DNA of 63,840 nt, the filler included, from Octopus bimaculoides (taxonomy: Eukaryota): NCBI RefSeq assembly GCF_001194135.2. It is 5 parts of 5 records of this genome, joined end to end, with 100 filler letters (N's around TTAATTAATTAA, not from the genome) between each part and the next. Parts side by side here need not be neighbours in the genome. Positions count along the whole stretch, not along the records: positions 1 to 31,388 come from NC_068993.1; positions 31,489 to 53,380 come from NC_068988.1; 3 more parts are not named here. One strand, 5' to 3'. Below, piece by piece: positions 27,250 through 39,400 of the stretch. The notes beneath the pieces were generated by a model. It was given only the letters and a program-made list of their open reading frames with translations. It had not been told where the DNA came from and did not search any database. Position 1 is the first letter of the stretch. Every line of letters begins with the position of its first letter. Made by a program: the position numbers and the translations under genes.

Positions 27250-27782
27250 GTATGTATGTACATCTCTCTCTTTCGCTCTCCGTCTGTCTGTTTGTATGTC
27301 TCTCTCTGTAAAGATATATACACATGCGCACACACATACATGCACACCAATATATAATTTCAGCGTTATTCCCTTAACACCCTACATACATTCCTGAGGA
27401 ATAAAGCTCTGTGATTATACCCAATTATCTTGGCATTTTGGTGAACTTTCTTCAGTTCTTGTCAAAGTTCATTAACTTCGCACCACGTGATACCGAAACA
27501 ATATAGCTCAAGGTTATATAAAATATGTACCTTAGTTGAAATATTGGTATGATACCTCATGTACTCGTGTTAGTTTCACTAACATCGCTGTGATACCTTG
27601 TATGTTTGTGTTAGTTTTACTAACACGGATATACAAAATATCATACAATATCTCTCAACAGTTGTCAAACTAACACGAATACAGCAATACAGTATGGGTA
27701 TATATGGCCATATATATTACACACACATAAATATGCTTCAATATACTGATTATATAATGTAATATAAAATATCCTGACTCAC

Positions 27783-27990
27783 CTTCGGTTACAGTGGTGA
27801 GGTTTCCAGTTGATGCGATCAGCAGAACAGACTGCTCGTAAGATTAACGTTTAAGTGGCCGAGCATTCCCGGGACACGCGTACCCTGAACGGAGATCTCA
27901 AGGAGATTTCAGCGTGTCACAGACTGTGACAAGGCTGGTCTTTTGAAGTACAAGTACTACTCATTTGTTCCTGTTGAGTGAACTGAGGCA
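27783..27990 (-). mobile_element. SINE 3' half (family of 54651-54920)
   Basis: GGACACGCGTACCCTGAACG..TGTGACAAGGCT matches 54651-54718; tail matches about 14930-15000. Confidence 0.65.
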
Positions 27991-28125
27991 ATTTGAAATG
28001 AATACCCGATCGCCTTCACTATATAATATGATATAATGTTATATAATATAATATGATATTAAATTATGTAATATATACGTTGAAAGTCAACAAAGTTTGC
28101 TTCAGAAGTGTTGGGATGTATTGAA

Positions 28126-28321
28126 AGATAAAGAAATAATTTTATTCTCAAACGCAGGATAATGCTAATAGTATAGCATGAACAGGATAATAATTTATCC
28201 ATATTCTGCATAAAAATCTGGTCGTCGACAGATTTTTTCTGTAAAATATGGATAGTATATCCTGTTCATGCTATACTATTAGCATTATCCTGCGTTTGAG
28301 AATAAAATGATTTCTTTATCT
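28126..28321. mobile_element. Foldback MITE with near-perfect terminal arms
   Basis: 63-bp arm GATAAAGAAATAATTTTATTCTCAAACGCAGG..GAACAGGATA equals the reverse complement of the right arm with 1 mismatch; interior also pairs (TATCCATATT/AATATGGATA, AAAAATCTG/CAGATTTTT); compatible with a TA TSD. Confidence 0.9.
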
Positions 28322-28395
28322 GTATCTTATGTATGTATGTATGTATGACTGGCTGGTTGGCTGGCTGGATATGTGTGTGTGTGTATGTATGGATG

Positions 28396-28444
<49 letters not shown>

Positions 28445-28837
28445 ATCTATCTCTATTTATACATAGATACACACACGCACACACACACACACATATATAT
28501 ATACATCTACATATATGTATGTATATATTTATGTGAATGCTTATGTCTACACATGCAGGTCTTTGTGTATATATGCATATATAAATTCACATTTATTCTA
28601 TCACAAATAATAATATTTAAATATATATTTACACATATATGTATACAAGTATTAAGAATTTGTGCAGACATACACACATTGCCCTATCACACACACATAC
28701 ACATATATTTCACTACATATAATTATTATATGCTCGTACGACGCATTCTGTATTTGTAAAATTCGACATACAGAGAAACATGCACATGTCATTCTAATAC
28801 ATTGGCAGAAACAAAGAGGAAGTGTATGAGATCGACC

Positions 28838-28892
<55 letters not shown>

Positions 28893-29430
28893 CTGAGATT
28901 GGCAGAGAGAAGGCGAGAGAATGAGAGACGAAGAAGAAAGAACAATGAATGGTAAACGTGATGCTACAGACATTATCGGGAGATCGTAGAGGTGCCAAAC
29001 AATCATTCGTTCCATTTAATGAAACTGTCTATGGAATCAGTCTTCAATTTTCTCTGATGTCTAATAGAATTAATTCATTAGCAAACCACTTCACAACAAT
29101 TCCGACTCTAAATGGATTAAACCAATCACAGATGGAAACTAATATTTCACTAAATAGAGAATGGTGACTTGGCAGAAATTTGTAGATCATCTCACTAAAT
29201 AGCTTACAGCACTTAGTTATATTTCTTACTCTAATTTCATTCATCATTCCTTTCCCATGCTGCAAAATTCTGCTGTTTCAGCGTCGCCAAAGTCCTGGTG
29301 TTCAAATGTGTTCAGCTTCTGGTAACGTGGAATACATACATATATATACATAATGGGGAATATATACATACATATGCGAGAATTTCATATAAATAAATAA
29401 ATATATATATATATATATATATACATATAT

Positions 29431-29610
29431 ATATAGTAATAAGAAGAAGAATCCTTGGATGGAATTTATAAATATTTTAATGCCTCGCTGTGCGCTTTTG
29501 CACAAATCACAGTCCGTGATCTTAAGAGACGTGATTTGTGGACAGGCGCATTGCCATGCAATAACATATTTATAAACTCCATTCTAGGATTATTGTTATT
29601 ATTACTATAT
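29431..29610. mobile_element. Imperfect 180-bp palindrome (older foldback MITE)
   Basis: Pairing symmetric about 29520/29521: CACAAATCAC/GTGATTTGTG, GGAATTTATA/TATAAACTCC, ATATAGTAAT/ATTACTATAT. Confidence 0.8.
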
Positions 29611-29835
29611 TTTGACATACATTATATCGGTATAGTTTGGTGCAACCCCCAAAAACTGGTCCGTCAGTCAACATTATTAGACCGTGGTTGGGATAATGGA
29701 ATAGGGGCTTTAGCTGCATATTCGAAACGTTTCCTGTAAACAGATTTAAAATAAATATTTGTGAGTGTGTGTGTGTATGTGTGTGTGCATAGATCGATAG
29801 CTATACATTTGTAAACATATATATGTACGTGCATC

Positions 29836-29985
29836 TGTGTTAAGAAGCTTGCTACCCAACCACACGATTCCGGGTTCAGTCCCACTGCGTCGCACCTTGT
29901 GTGCAAATTTCTTTTGCTATAACCATGGGCCGATCAAAACATTTTGATTGGATTTGGTAGGCGGAAACTGAAAGAAGCTTGTCGT
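29836..29985 (+). mobile_element. CORE-type SINE
   Basis: TAAGAAGCTTGCTACCCAACCAC..CCGGGTTCAGTCCCACTGCG..GGAAACTGAAAGAAGC. Confidence 0.8.
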
Positions 29986-31488
29986 ATATATATATATTTA
30001 TATATATATATTTATATANNNNNNNNNNNNNNNNNNNNNNNNNNNNNNNNNNNNNNNNNNNNNNNNNNNNNNNNNNNNNNNNNNNNNNNNNNNNNNNNNN
30101 NNNNNNNNNNNNNNNNNNNNNNNNNNNNNNNNNNNNNNNNNNNNNNNNNNNNNNNNNNNNNNNNNNNNNNNNNNNNNNNNNNNNNNNNNNNNNNNNNNNN
30201 NNNNNNNNNNNNNNNNNNNNNNNNNNNNNNNNNNNNNNNNNNNNNNNNNNNNNNNNNNNNNNNNNNNNNNNNNNNNNNNNNNNNNNNNNNNNNNNNNNNN
30301 NNNNNNNNNNNNNNNNNNNNNNNNNNNNNNNNNNNNNNNNNNNNNNNNNNNNNNNNNNNNNNNNNNNNNNNNNNNNNNNNNNNNNNNNNNNNNNNNNNNN
30401 NNNNNNNNNNNNNNNNNNNNNNNNNNNNNNNNNNNNNNNNNNNNNNNNNNNNNNNNNNNNNNNNNNNNNNNNNNNNNNNNNNNNNNNNNNNNNNNNNNNN
30501 NNNNNNNNNNNNNNNNNNNNNNNNNNNNNNNNNNNNNNNNNNNNNNNNNNNNNNNNNNNNNNNNNNNNNNNNNNNNNNNNNNNNNNNNNNNNNNNNNNNN
30601 NNNNNNNNNNNNNNNNNNNNNNNNNNNNNNCAGTATATCCCAAAACAGTTGATAACGAACTTAATATTCATCTTTTTTTTTTATATTCAACCCATTGAAA
30701 ATCTAATTCGACAGGAACGTAAGAAGCAAAGGTTTGAACGTCATCTAGCGGGATGGATCAACAGCAATTAAGCTATTCAATTCATCAATTATTCATTAAA
30801 CACACCAAGCTGAAGCAGACATCGATATCATTTAATTGGAGGTCAGAAACATTGTCTACTGATCGTCGTTGGACGAGGTTTTCTCTCTGGATAGCTTCCA
30901 TCCACTAGAAATGTAAAATCCCTATTGGCCCCAATCCATAGCCATCAAAACAAATAGGCGTCAAAGAGTGCACACCTATTGATGCCAAATGGTCTGGATT
31001 CGGCAGGCATTTCTAAAGGAAAGTGTTCCAAGCTACAAAACTTTTATATGCGAATAACGCGTCTCCTACTAACTAGCACGAAACAGTCTACCTAATGCAT
31101 TGCAGACATCATGACTCCTCTCATGTATAAAGTCTATATGTATGTATGTATGTAAGTATGTCTATTTATATGTATATATATGTATATGTATTTATGTGTA
31201 TGTATGTATATATATATGTATATATATATAAAGAATATATACATATATGCATATGTATATATATACATATATATATGTTTATATATATATATATACATAT
31301 ATATATGTATAGACACACACGCACTCACATACACACACACACGCACACACAAACACATATATATGTATATATATATATATATATATATNNNNNNNNNNNN
31401 NNNNNNNNNNNNNNNNNNNNNNNNNNNNNNNNTTAATTAATTAANNNNNNNNNNNNNNNNNNNNNNNNNNNNNNNNNNNNNNNNNNNN

Positions 31489-31862
31489 AAAACAATACCT
31501 ATTGTCATAGGTGCCCTGGGAATGACAGCGAAACGGGCTGATTACTACCTAGCTCAGATACCAGGAAACCCCAAAATGGCTGAAGTTCAAAAGATAGTGC
31601 TCATGGGAACTGCCCATATCCTACGTAAAATACTGTCTATGTGATCTCAAATTTTAAAACAAACACATAATTTTCTTATGGTTTCTTAAACATTCACTAG
31701 AACAAAACTGTACAAATCCAAATATATGGTACCCTAGGCATAACACCTACATGAACTTCTAACTTGTTGTCTCTTGAGGTCTCTGGGTGAGACTTGGATC
31801 CAACTTGTACAAATGCAAAACAAAAGTCAAACATAAAATAATAATAATAGTAATAATAATAA
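31489..31862 (+). mobile_element. R4/Dong-type LINE 3' end with (TAA)n tail (5' part lost in gap)
   Basis: KTIPIVIGALGMTAKR..VQKIVLMGTAHILRKILSM*, about 190-bp 3'UTR, (TAA)n at about 31837-31862. Confidence 0.85.
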
Positions 31863-34800
31863 CAAGCAGTCATACCCGGCATTGCCCGGGTGCGTTAGTT
31901 CGAAAAGGCTCTGAAACTAATAAAGCGATTAACATCCCCTCCCTTAAGCACCTTTCATGCTTTATGGCAAGACTAACACCTAAGTAACTCTTTAAGAGAA
32001 CCACACGTGTAATATTACGACAACAACCAAGTGAAAAAATAAAGCAAAAGCAATAACGTAGGACTGAAATACGGCACCAGTACGGCAAGTCTACAAAACT
32101 TCCTTATAAACAACATTTTTAGTTTTCCCCTGGGGGATGAAGGCATATAAATTGTTCCTACAACCCACTCTTGGGCAGCCAACGTACAGCTGATCGTGTG
32201 AAAAGCATGGTTGGGCTAAGTAAAAGTCCAACGACAAACAGCGACTGCCCCTGGGACTTATTAATGGACATGGTGTAACTGAGTATAATCGGAAACTACA
32301 CTCTGCAGAATGTGAAGGGTAAGTCAGCAGCCGAAGGCACAAGGGGAATTTGTGGTATGAAGATGTCTTGACCTTTACCACAAACGGTCATAGTTGTTGC
32401 TTCAGTGACATAGGGAAGTAATTTTGTGATAACAAGGCGTGTACCGTTGTACAATGTCGGTGGATTTAAATTCCTTATCAGCATAACAGGGCTACCTACT
32501 TTAAGAGTAAGAATATGTGGAGGTACACCTGAAGGCTCCAAGGAATTCAAAACTTTAGTGGGATAATCAACTACCTCATCCTGATTGGGAATGGTGTCTA
32601 CTGATTTATAGACTGTCACATCCCCAGGCAAATGCAGTAAGAGGCTGTTGTTGATTGCACTGACCGCAATGTTTTTAGGAGCCAAAATGGCTCTTTGGCA
32701 AAGCCAATCTAGATCTCCATTCTTGACTTCTAGGCCTGGAAAAACCTGTGCTTGAAGACTCTGGATAGTACTGGCTATTGTACAAATGTTACTTATGTCA
32801 ACATCTTCATTTCCGTCTTCTGGAACTTCACCATTGCCAAGAAGGAGAATGTCCCTTGCAAAATCTTCTGACGATGGGTCCTCATTGAGGCGCACTCTCA
32901 TGTTGGATTCTAACTTTAAAGTAACAACATGATCCCATAGAGGTGAAGACTTAAGACACGCCATTACTTCATCCGCCCTTGTGCCTTTCGGAATCAATGG
33001 CAAGGTTTGCCCAAAGTCCCCAGATAGCAAGACAGTGACACCCCACCATCGGTTCGTGGCTTTCTATTATGTCTCGCAAAGTTCTATCTAATGCCTCAAG
33101 AGCACTCTTGTGAGCCATTGTGCATTCATCCCTAACAATCAGGTGGTATTGTGCGAGCAATTGTCCGTTGTCCGACGTCTTTGAAATGTTGCAAATAGGC
33201 GTTGGTGAACTTGCGAGGTTAAGGGGAAGCTTAAACATAGAGTGTGCAGTCCTACCACCAGGGCCAGAGTAGCAGCTATGCCTGAAGTTGCCACAGCTAT
33301 TGCGATGCACTTTTGTAGCCTTACTTTTGCAAGAATGAGTCTAGTTATGAGCATTTTGCCTGTCCCGCCGGGAGCGTTAAGGAAGAAAACGCCACTTTTA
33401 TGACCCTGGACTTGCTGAATGATAGTGTCGTAGGCATGCTTCTGGTCAGGTAGCAGGCGTGCCTCATTGATCTGTACATATGCGGATAGTTCAGTAATGT
33501 CGTACGATGTTTACCGAACAATCTCAGAAGGGAGATCATTTGAGGTAGGCTTTGCAGTGGGGGGAAGCCCGTAGGTGGTCATTACATCACTGCCTAAAGC
33601 TAAAGTTTTGTTTTCAGTCTCAATCAGTGCTAGGTTGTATATTGTATCGATGAAATCTATGTTTAAAGTAGGGAATTGAAGCTGAGTGGCTCACCTAAAG
33701 TCTTCGGACAGGTCATTCTTAAATTGAAGCCACAAAGAATACGGACTACTGGGTGCACAATTGTGCAGTATAACAGCAAAAAGTGTTCTAAGGCTTCCAA
33801 GCGATTTGGATACACAAGCCTCTGATAAGCAGGTTTGCCACTGCCCGTCATCTTCAAGAAGACCGTGCTGTTGACATGCCTCCTTGTATGTTGCAAAAAC
33901 GTTTTCATCCACAATTCTTAAATCCTGAAAGTAAGTTGGGCCTGTTACTTCGTGTAGAAGAAGACGGAGATGAAAGCACTCAGTTTGATTTGGGTGCACT
34001 GTATAAATGTGCCAAAGGCAATCATTGAACTTAATACCTTCGTGCCCGTCAACAGTTTTACCTGTCTTCCTTCTCCTCCACGTCTTGTTGTTCCAGGTGT
34101 AGTAAGATGGAGCTTATGTGCAAAGGAGTGTCCGTGCAAAAGGATCAACCTGACAAAGTTTAACAAGCGCAGTAAGCGTAGTATCTGATGGAGCCTATGC
34201 TACCTGGGCAGCAGTGGCTTCACTGAAATACACTCTTTGGCCGTTTTCCAGATGAACAGTAAGCTGAACAACGGCAGGATACCTTTCGAGTATTGGAAAA
34301 CCGAAAATACGCCAAAACGCTTCATTGCTGCTTATGTACCGTGCAGCCTGGTATTGCGTTACTTCATCATGTTGGTTGATGCCTTGGAGGTCAAAGATGG
34401 CAGCATCAGACTCTTTATTAATGTATTTGCAGACATATTTGATTGACTTGATGGAATTGCAAAATCCAACGCTGATATGCGCTTTAAATGTCTTTGAAAG
34501 AAGCGGACAGTAAGGTACTATCCATCTATTGTCAACTTCGAATTTCCCTATGGTTAAGGTTAAACCTCCATCGTATGGCTTTCTACGCCTATATAGTGGG
34601 TTCCCGTCTTGAGCAGTTTGAGTCTGGGACACGAATTTTGGGGGATAATTCTTAGAGCATACACCATTTATCAAGCAATTTTTCCTTGTGTAGGAAGGCC
34701 CACAACGGCCATGGACCATATTAGACTTCACTATGCTATGGAGCTCACTATCAACGCCCGGATCAGGTATTTCAGCGGAAATTAGCCTATCTATGTCATT

Positions 34801-35730
34801 TGCATTTATTTTCTGACTTAACCACAGAAGTGTGTGTACGTGAGGCATGCCCCTCTTTTGCCACTCAACAGTGAACATGAAGCTTTTAACATGGCCAAAT
34901 ATTTGGCCATTGGTGGGGTGAGGAGGTCCTTGACTTTAAGTAGTTTAAGTCTAAAAACTCTCGCAATGACATCAGGCCTATCATGGGCTTGTTGACCGGG
35001 CAAAAGACTCACTTGTATTTCATTCCACCTGGCAATACAAGTGAAGCTAATGAAAAGGTCGGGCCCACCGTAGTGCCGAACGTAAATCATGGCATCTTGC
35101 GTACGTTTGTGCATATAACTAGGACTACCAGTAAAGGAAGACGGAAGTATGCACAATTGGCCTATCCTTCCAGGGGCAACATCGTTATTAATGCTATCTC
35201 TGAGATGGATGTACTTTTCAGTCTGTAGCTTAGCCTGATTGAACCGTATGTATTGTAAGCGTATGTATGTATTGGTATTATTTTGATTTTGATGCATATA
35301 TATACAATTTATTTTTCTATATCCGTATAGAGTTGGTTTCAGTTTTTGTGTTTGTTTTATAAGTATCAATAAATATATGTGTGTGAGTAAAGAAATAATG
35401 GCGTATATATGTAAATATAGCATATTTATCTTATTTAATTTGTTGCTTTCACTTGTTTTTAGTATGTGGGACATTTTGTTTGTATTGTATTACTTTGTTT
35501 TTGTTGTATGTATATATTTTAAATGTTTTTTCATTGACCTTATGGAATTGAATTGGTTTCTTTTTGTTTATATAAACGGAAAAATTTAACCCTAGTTGGT
35601 TAAAGTTTACCTACGATTATAAAGAAATTTGTGGGTAAAACCTTTTCCAAGGGAGTGGGGAGAGGACTTTTGAAAATTCACAAGATTTGAGTTTTTTCCT
35701 CATAACTTTTAGGAAAATGAGGTTTTTTCA
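31863..35730 (-). mobile_element. Helitron, 3' terminus at 31863; 5' boundary uncertain
   Basis: Minus strand ends ACCCGG-GCAATG-CCGGGT hairpin, 7-nt spacer, CTTG|T (CTAG variant); contains RepHel relics. Confidence 0.85.
32091..35262 (-). pseudogene. Helitron Rep-helicase (HUH Rep plus PIF1 helicase), frameshifted
   Basis: Rep motifs PDLFISFT, EWQKRGMPHVH, YVCKYINK; helicase NAPGGTGK, GRTAHSMFKLP, DECTM, GDFGQTLP, RAILAPKN, NGTRL; ends TKNVVYKEVL*; split over several frames. Confidence 0.95.
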
Positions 35731-36290
35731 ATGATGTATATAAATGTATGTATATAATATGTGTATATATATATGTGTGTATCTATCTCTCTGAGTGAAT
35801 GAGAATAACGACGGATGGGTTAAAAAGCTTGAAAATAATTGAAGATAAAATGAAACAAAACTGAAGCCAAAACATTAAAAATTATTGAAAGTGGGTAGAA
35901 ATAAACACTACGTAGTGTTGTAGTACTACGCTAGGGTATCTGTAGAAAGTTGAATGTGATTTCGGAATATAACAAGGAAAAATTTGGATCTTGGGAATTT
36001 TCCAAAAGTCCTCTCCCCACAAATTATTTTATAATCGTAATGTATGCCGTTTGAAAGATATTTAAACAAAATTTCAATAAAAAGACACATTTTCTTAACA
36101 GTTACAAGGGAAAAAATTGGATCTTGTGAATTTTACGAAGCCCTCTTCCCACCCCCTTGGAAAAGATTTTACCCACAAATTTCTCTATAATCGTAATGTA
36201 TCCTATTTGAAAAAAACCCATTTTCCTAAAAGTTATTAGTGAAAGACTCGGATCTTATGAATTTTCCTAGGTCCTCTCCCCACTCTCCCG
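35608..36290. repeat. About 135-bp repeat unit: one inverted copy and about 2.5 tandem copies
   Basis: GGATCTTGTGAATTTT..CTCTCCCCAC..CACAAATT..TATAATCGTA recurs at about 35985, 36120 and 36250, and in reverse at 35608-35725. Confidence 0.75.
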
Positions 36291-36420
36291 TTGCGTTGCA
36301 CGCATTTTTTTTGTCATATTCGTTTCCTACACATCTTTTTAAAAACCCATTGCACTATTTTTCTATGATTTTTGTATCCGGGTCAAGTTGTAAACATTAA
36401 CCAAGGATCTTGTTCAAAAC

Positions 36421-39400
36421 GGGAGCACCAGTATTTTCTTAACGAAACACTTTATAGGAAAAGTGGTTATACACCATTATGTGTACACCCGCTTTCCTAT
36501 ATTAAATTCTGTAGAAACAACAAAACACTGACTCTGAACTATCAACACAACAATATTTATTTATGGAGGAAATAGGTATGGTTGCTGAGACGTTGGAATG
36601 TTGGAGAGACAGCTTGACATGACCATGCTCATGGCCGGCCGGCCGAGAAAGAGGATGAAAAAAGTGGAAACGTTCTAGATGTTGAATTTCACGCATGCGC
36701 ATGGGACTCTTCCTGTGTTCCTTCCGGAACTATTCGCTGCGCATGCGTGGATGAAAATGCAGTAATGGCGACTGTATTTTGGCGCCAAATGACGTCACTA
36801 CAATGGCTCCCCCTCGAGTGTGGAAGCACGAAAATAGAAATTTTGGAGGGACGTCTGAGGCAAGATGGCCACCGAAAACCACCCACAAGATGTGGCACAA
36901 ACACACACAAAGAAAAACAAAGAAATGAATGTTAATACGCAGGAAGTTGTGGTCAGTGAGCAGAGCTGTAATTGAGCGTCGGATGCTAGTTGGGACCTGT
37001 TACCTGGTACTGAACATTTTAGCTGGTCTGTTGATCGTGAGTGGAAAACATCCACTCTAACAGAGTCGAGATAAAACCGCGCTTGTTGATGTTGGTTGCT
37101 TGTGTACTTGGAGAAATCATGTTGACGATGTTGGCAGTACGTTGAGTCGTATTGCTGCTGGCGACGTCGGGGGGCGATGCTTGTAGTTCGTCGTGGTTGT
37201 TGATGTCGTCGCTGTAAACTGGCTGTGTTCTGTATGTGTGGTGGTAATGATGTTGACAGTGGTGTTTGAAAAGGTACGCTTTTTCAGACGGTCGACAGAC
37301 ACAATCTCTGTACGACCATTAGCGTCGACCTTGAAGAAATTCAACCCAAGACTGCGGGTTGGGCGAGGCGTGTAAGGCAGCTTTAAATTGCCTATGAAAA
37401 CACTCAACCATTCCATTGGAAGCAGGATGGTAGCATGTGGTGCGTATCAGGAGAGAGAATCTTGAGAAGGTATACGGGACTGGTATCTATTCGTGTGAGA
37501 CCAAAAGAAAGTCCTGCAGCTGTGGAATAATATGATGCGAGTGAGTGTGTGCATTCTCTATTTATGATATCAGCAAAAGCTTTCTTGCAGGATTGCATTT
37601 TTCGTGAAAAATGCCTTGAAGGGGTGCAGAAGTGAATTGTGTCTGGCGTTGTTGTCGCGGGCATTTGCTAAGATTAGCCCGAACGACGACATTGTGGCAT
37701 GCTGGCGCGTTGCCTTGGACAGACAATTTTCTCTGTTAACTTCGTGACCAACCTGGGGTCGAACAGAGATAAGTTGTGTCTGACAAGAACGCAGAGACCA
37801 TAAGTTGACATCCGAAAAAAAACTGAGTGGGCAAAGACATGATGATAACAACTCTAAAGGCATAATATTGTGGTGCATGTGTAGAACTGGGTGCGTGCGA
37901 AGTAAGAATTTCAGACATTCAAAAGGAGAACCTGTAGTAGAAGCCATGCAATAAAAACAGGTGAGCAATGCGTGTGCATGAAATGTGCAATACCAATGGC
38001 CAACGAGAGAAAGAAAAAAAAATATATAGAACATTCAAAAACATATGCATCTGAATTCAGTTGTTTCAGTGAAATGAGTTTTACGTGTAAAGATGTGCAG
38101 TAAAAAAACATTGAAATAAGCAAAAATGACAAACTTGGCTAGAAAGTGTCCTGGTCCTGAAAAACTAAAAGGTAGCATTTGAAATGTAAAAGTAGGTGCA
38201 TGCAAAGAAAGTTCAATCTATGACTGTCGAAAAACGTTGCTCGTGTGGGCTTCCATAGAGTTATCCGGTTAGTTCTTGGTCGGATAGCTGTTCGAAATGC
38301 TGTAGAGTTAATATCTCACTGTGAAAACTGTGGTGAATATATTCACAGGCAGACTGAGTAAAATTGTGCGGGCGTCTATTTGAGAGGTACCGTTGAGTGG
38401 CATTGTGAAATGCTGTCATGAATTCGGAGACTGAAATGTAACTGTGCATTTTACTGCTATTTTCAGCAAGTAGAGGACGCTGTGTAAGAATAAATTGACG
38501 TCTCGTGAAACATGTAGGAAATTGCTCAAAAGGTTGTTAGGATGAAATAACCGTGAAGTTTTTTGTGTGAAAAACCACAAAGGTCTTAGCAATAAAGAAG
38601 TCTTTGACAAAAGGAAAAACTTTAACGTAGAAAAAATTTTCTCAGCTTTTCACTTGTATTTGATGAGAATGTAGAGGCAATCCTGATGTTGAACGTCGCG
38701 AAACCTACGAATTCAATGGCTGTTGAAATGAGGTCCGTAGATCTTTTAGCTCGAGGTACCAATTGTAGTATTATTGGTCGCAGTTCAGAATCCGTGGCTG
38801 CGGTTGTTCTTTGTTCGGGGTCACCAATTATAGGAAAGTGCCGTATTTACTTATGTCAGCGGCGGCTAGTGTAGTATTGTCGGTCGGCAGATCAGAATCC
38901 TCGGCTGCGGTTGTTCTTTATTCGGGGTCACCAATTATAGGAAAAGTGGTTATACACCATTAGGTGTACACCCGCTTTCCTATATTAAATTCTGTAGAAA
39001 CTACAAAACGCTGACTCTGAACTATCAACACAACAATATTTATTTATGGGGGAAATAGGCATGGTTACTGAGACGTTGGAATGTTGGAGAGACAGCTTGA
39101 CATGACCATGCTCATGGCCGGCCGGCCGAGAAATAGGATGAAAAGAGCGGGAACGTTCTAGATGTTGAATTCCACGCATGCGCATGGGACTCTTCCTGTG
39201 TTCCTTCCAGAACTATTCGCTGCGCATGCGTGGATGAAAACGCAGTAATGGCGACTGTATTTTGGCGCCAACTGACGTCACTACAACTTTGAAACTTGGG
39301 ACACTGGTAGAATGTGTCATATAAAACATCTTTTTCTCTTAGTCTTCTTAACAAAAAAACGTACATCGCAAGTTATTTCATGTTAAAGTTGTCGTATTTC

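Noticed and set aside
31433-31444. TTAATTAATTAA islands inside N runs (also near 53425, 60614, 62639)
   Set aside because: Identical 12-mer with stops in all six frames centred in N gaps of similar size: an assembly linker, not biology.
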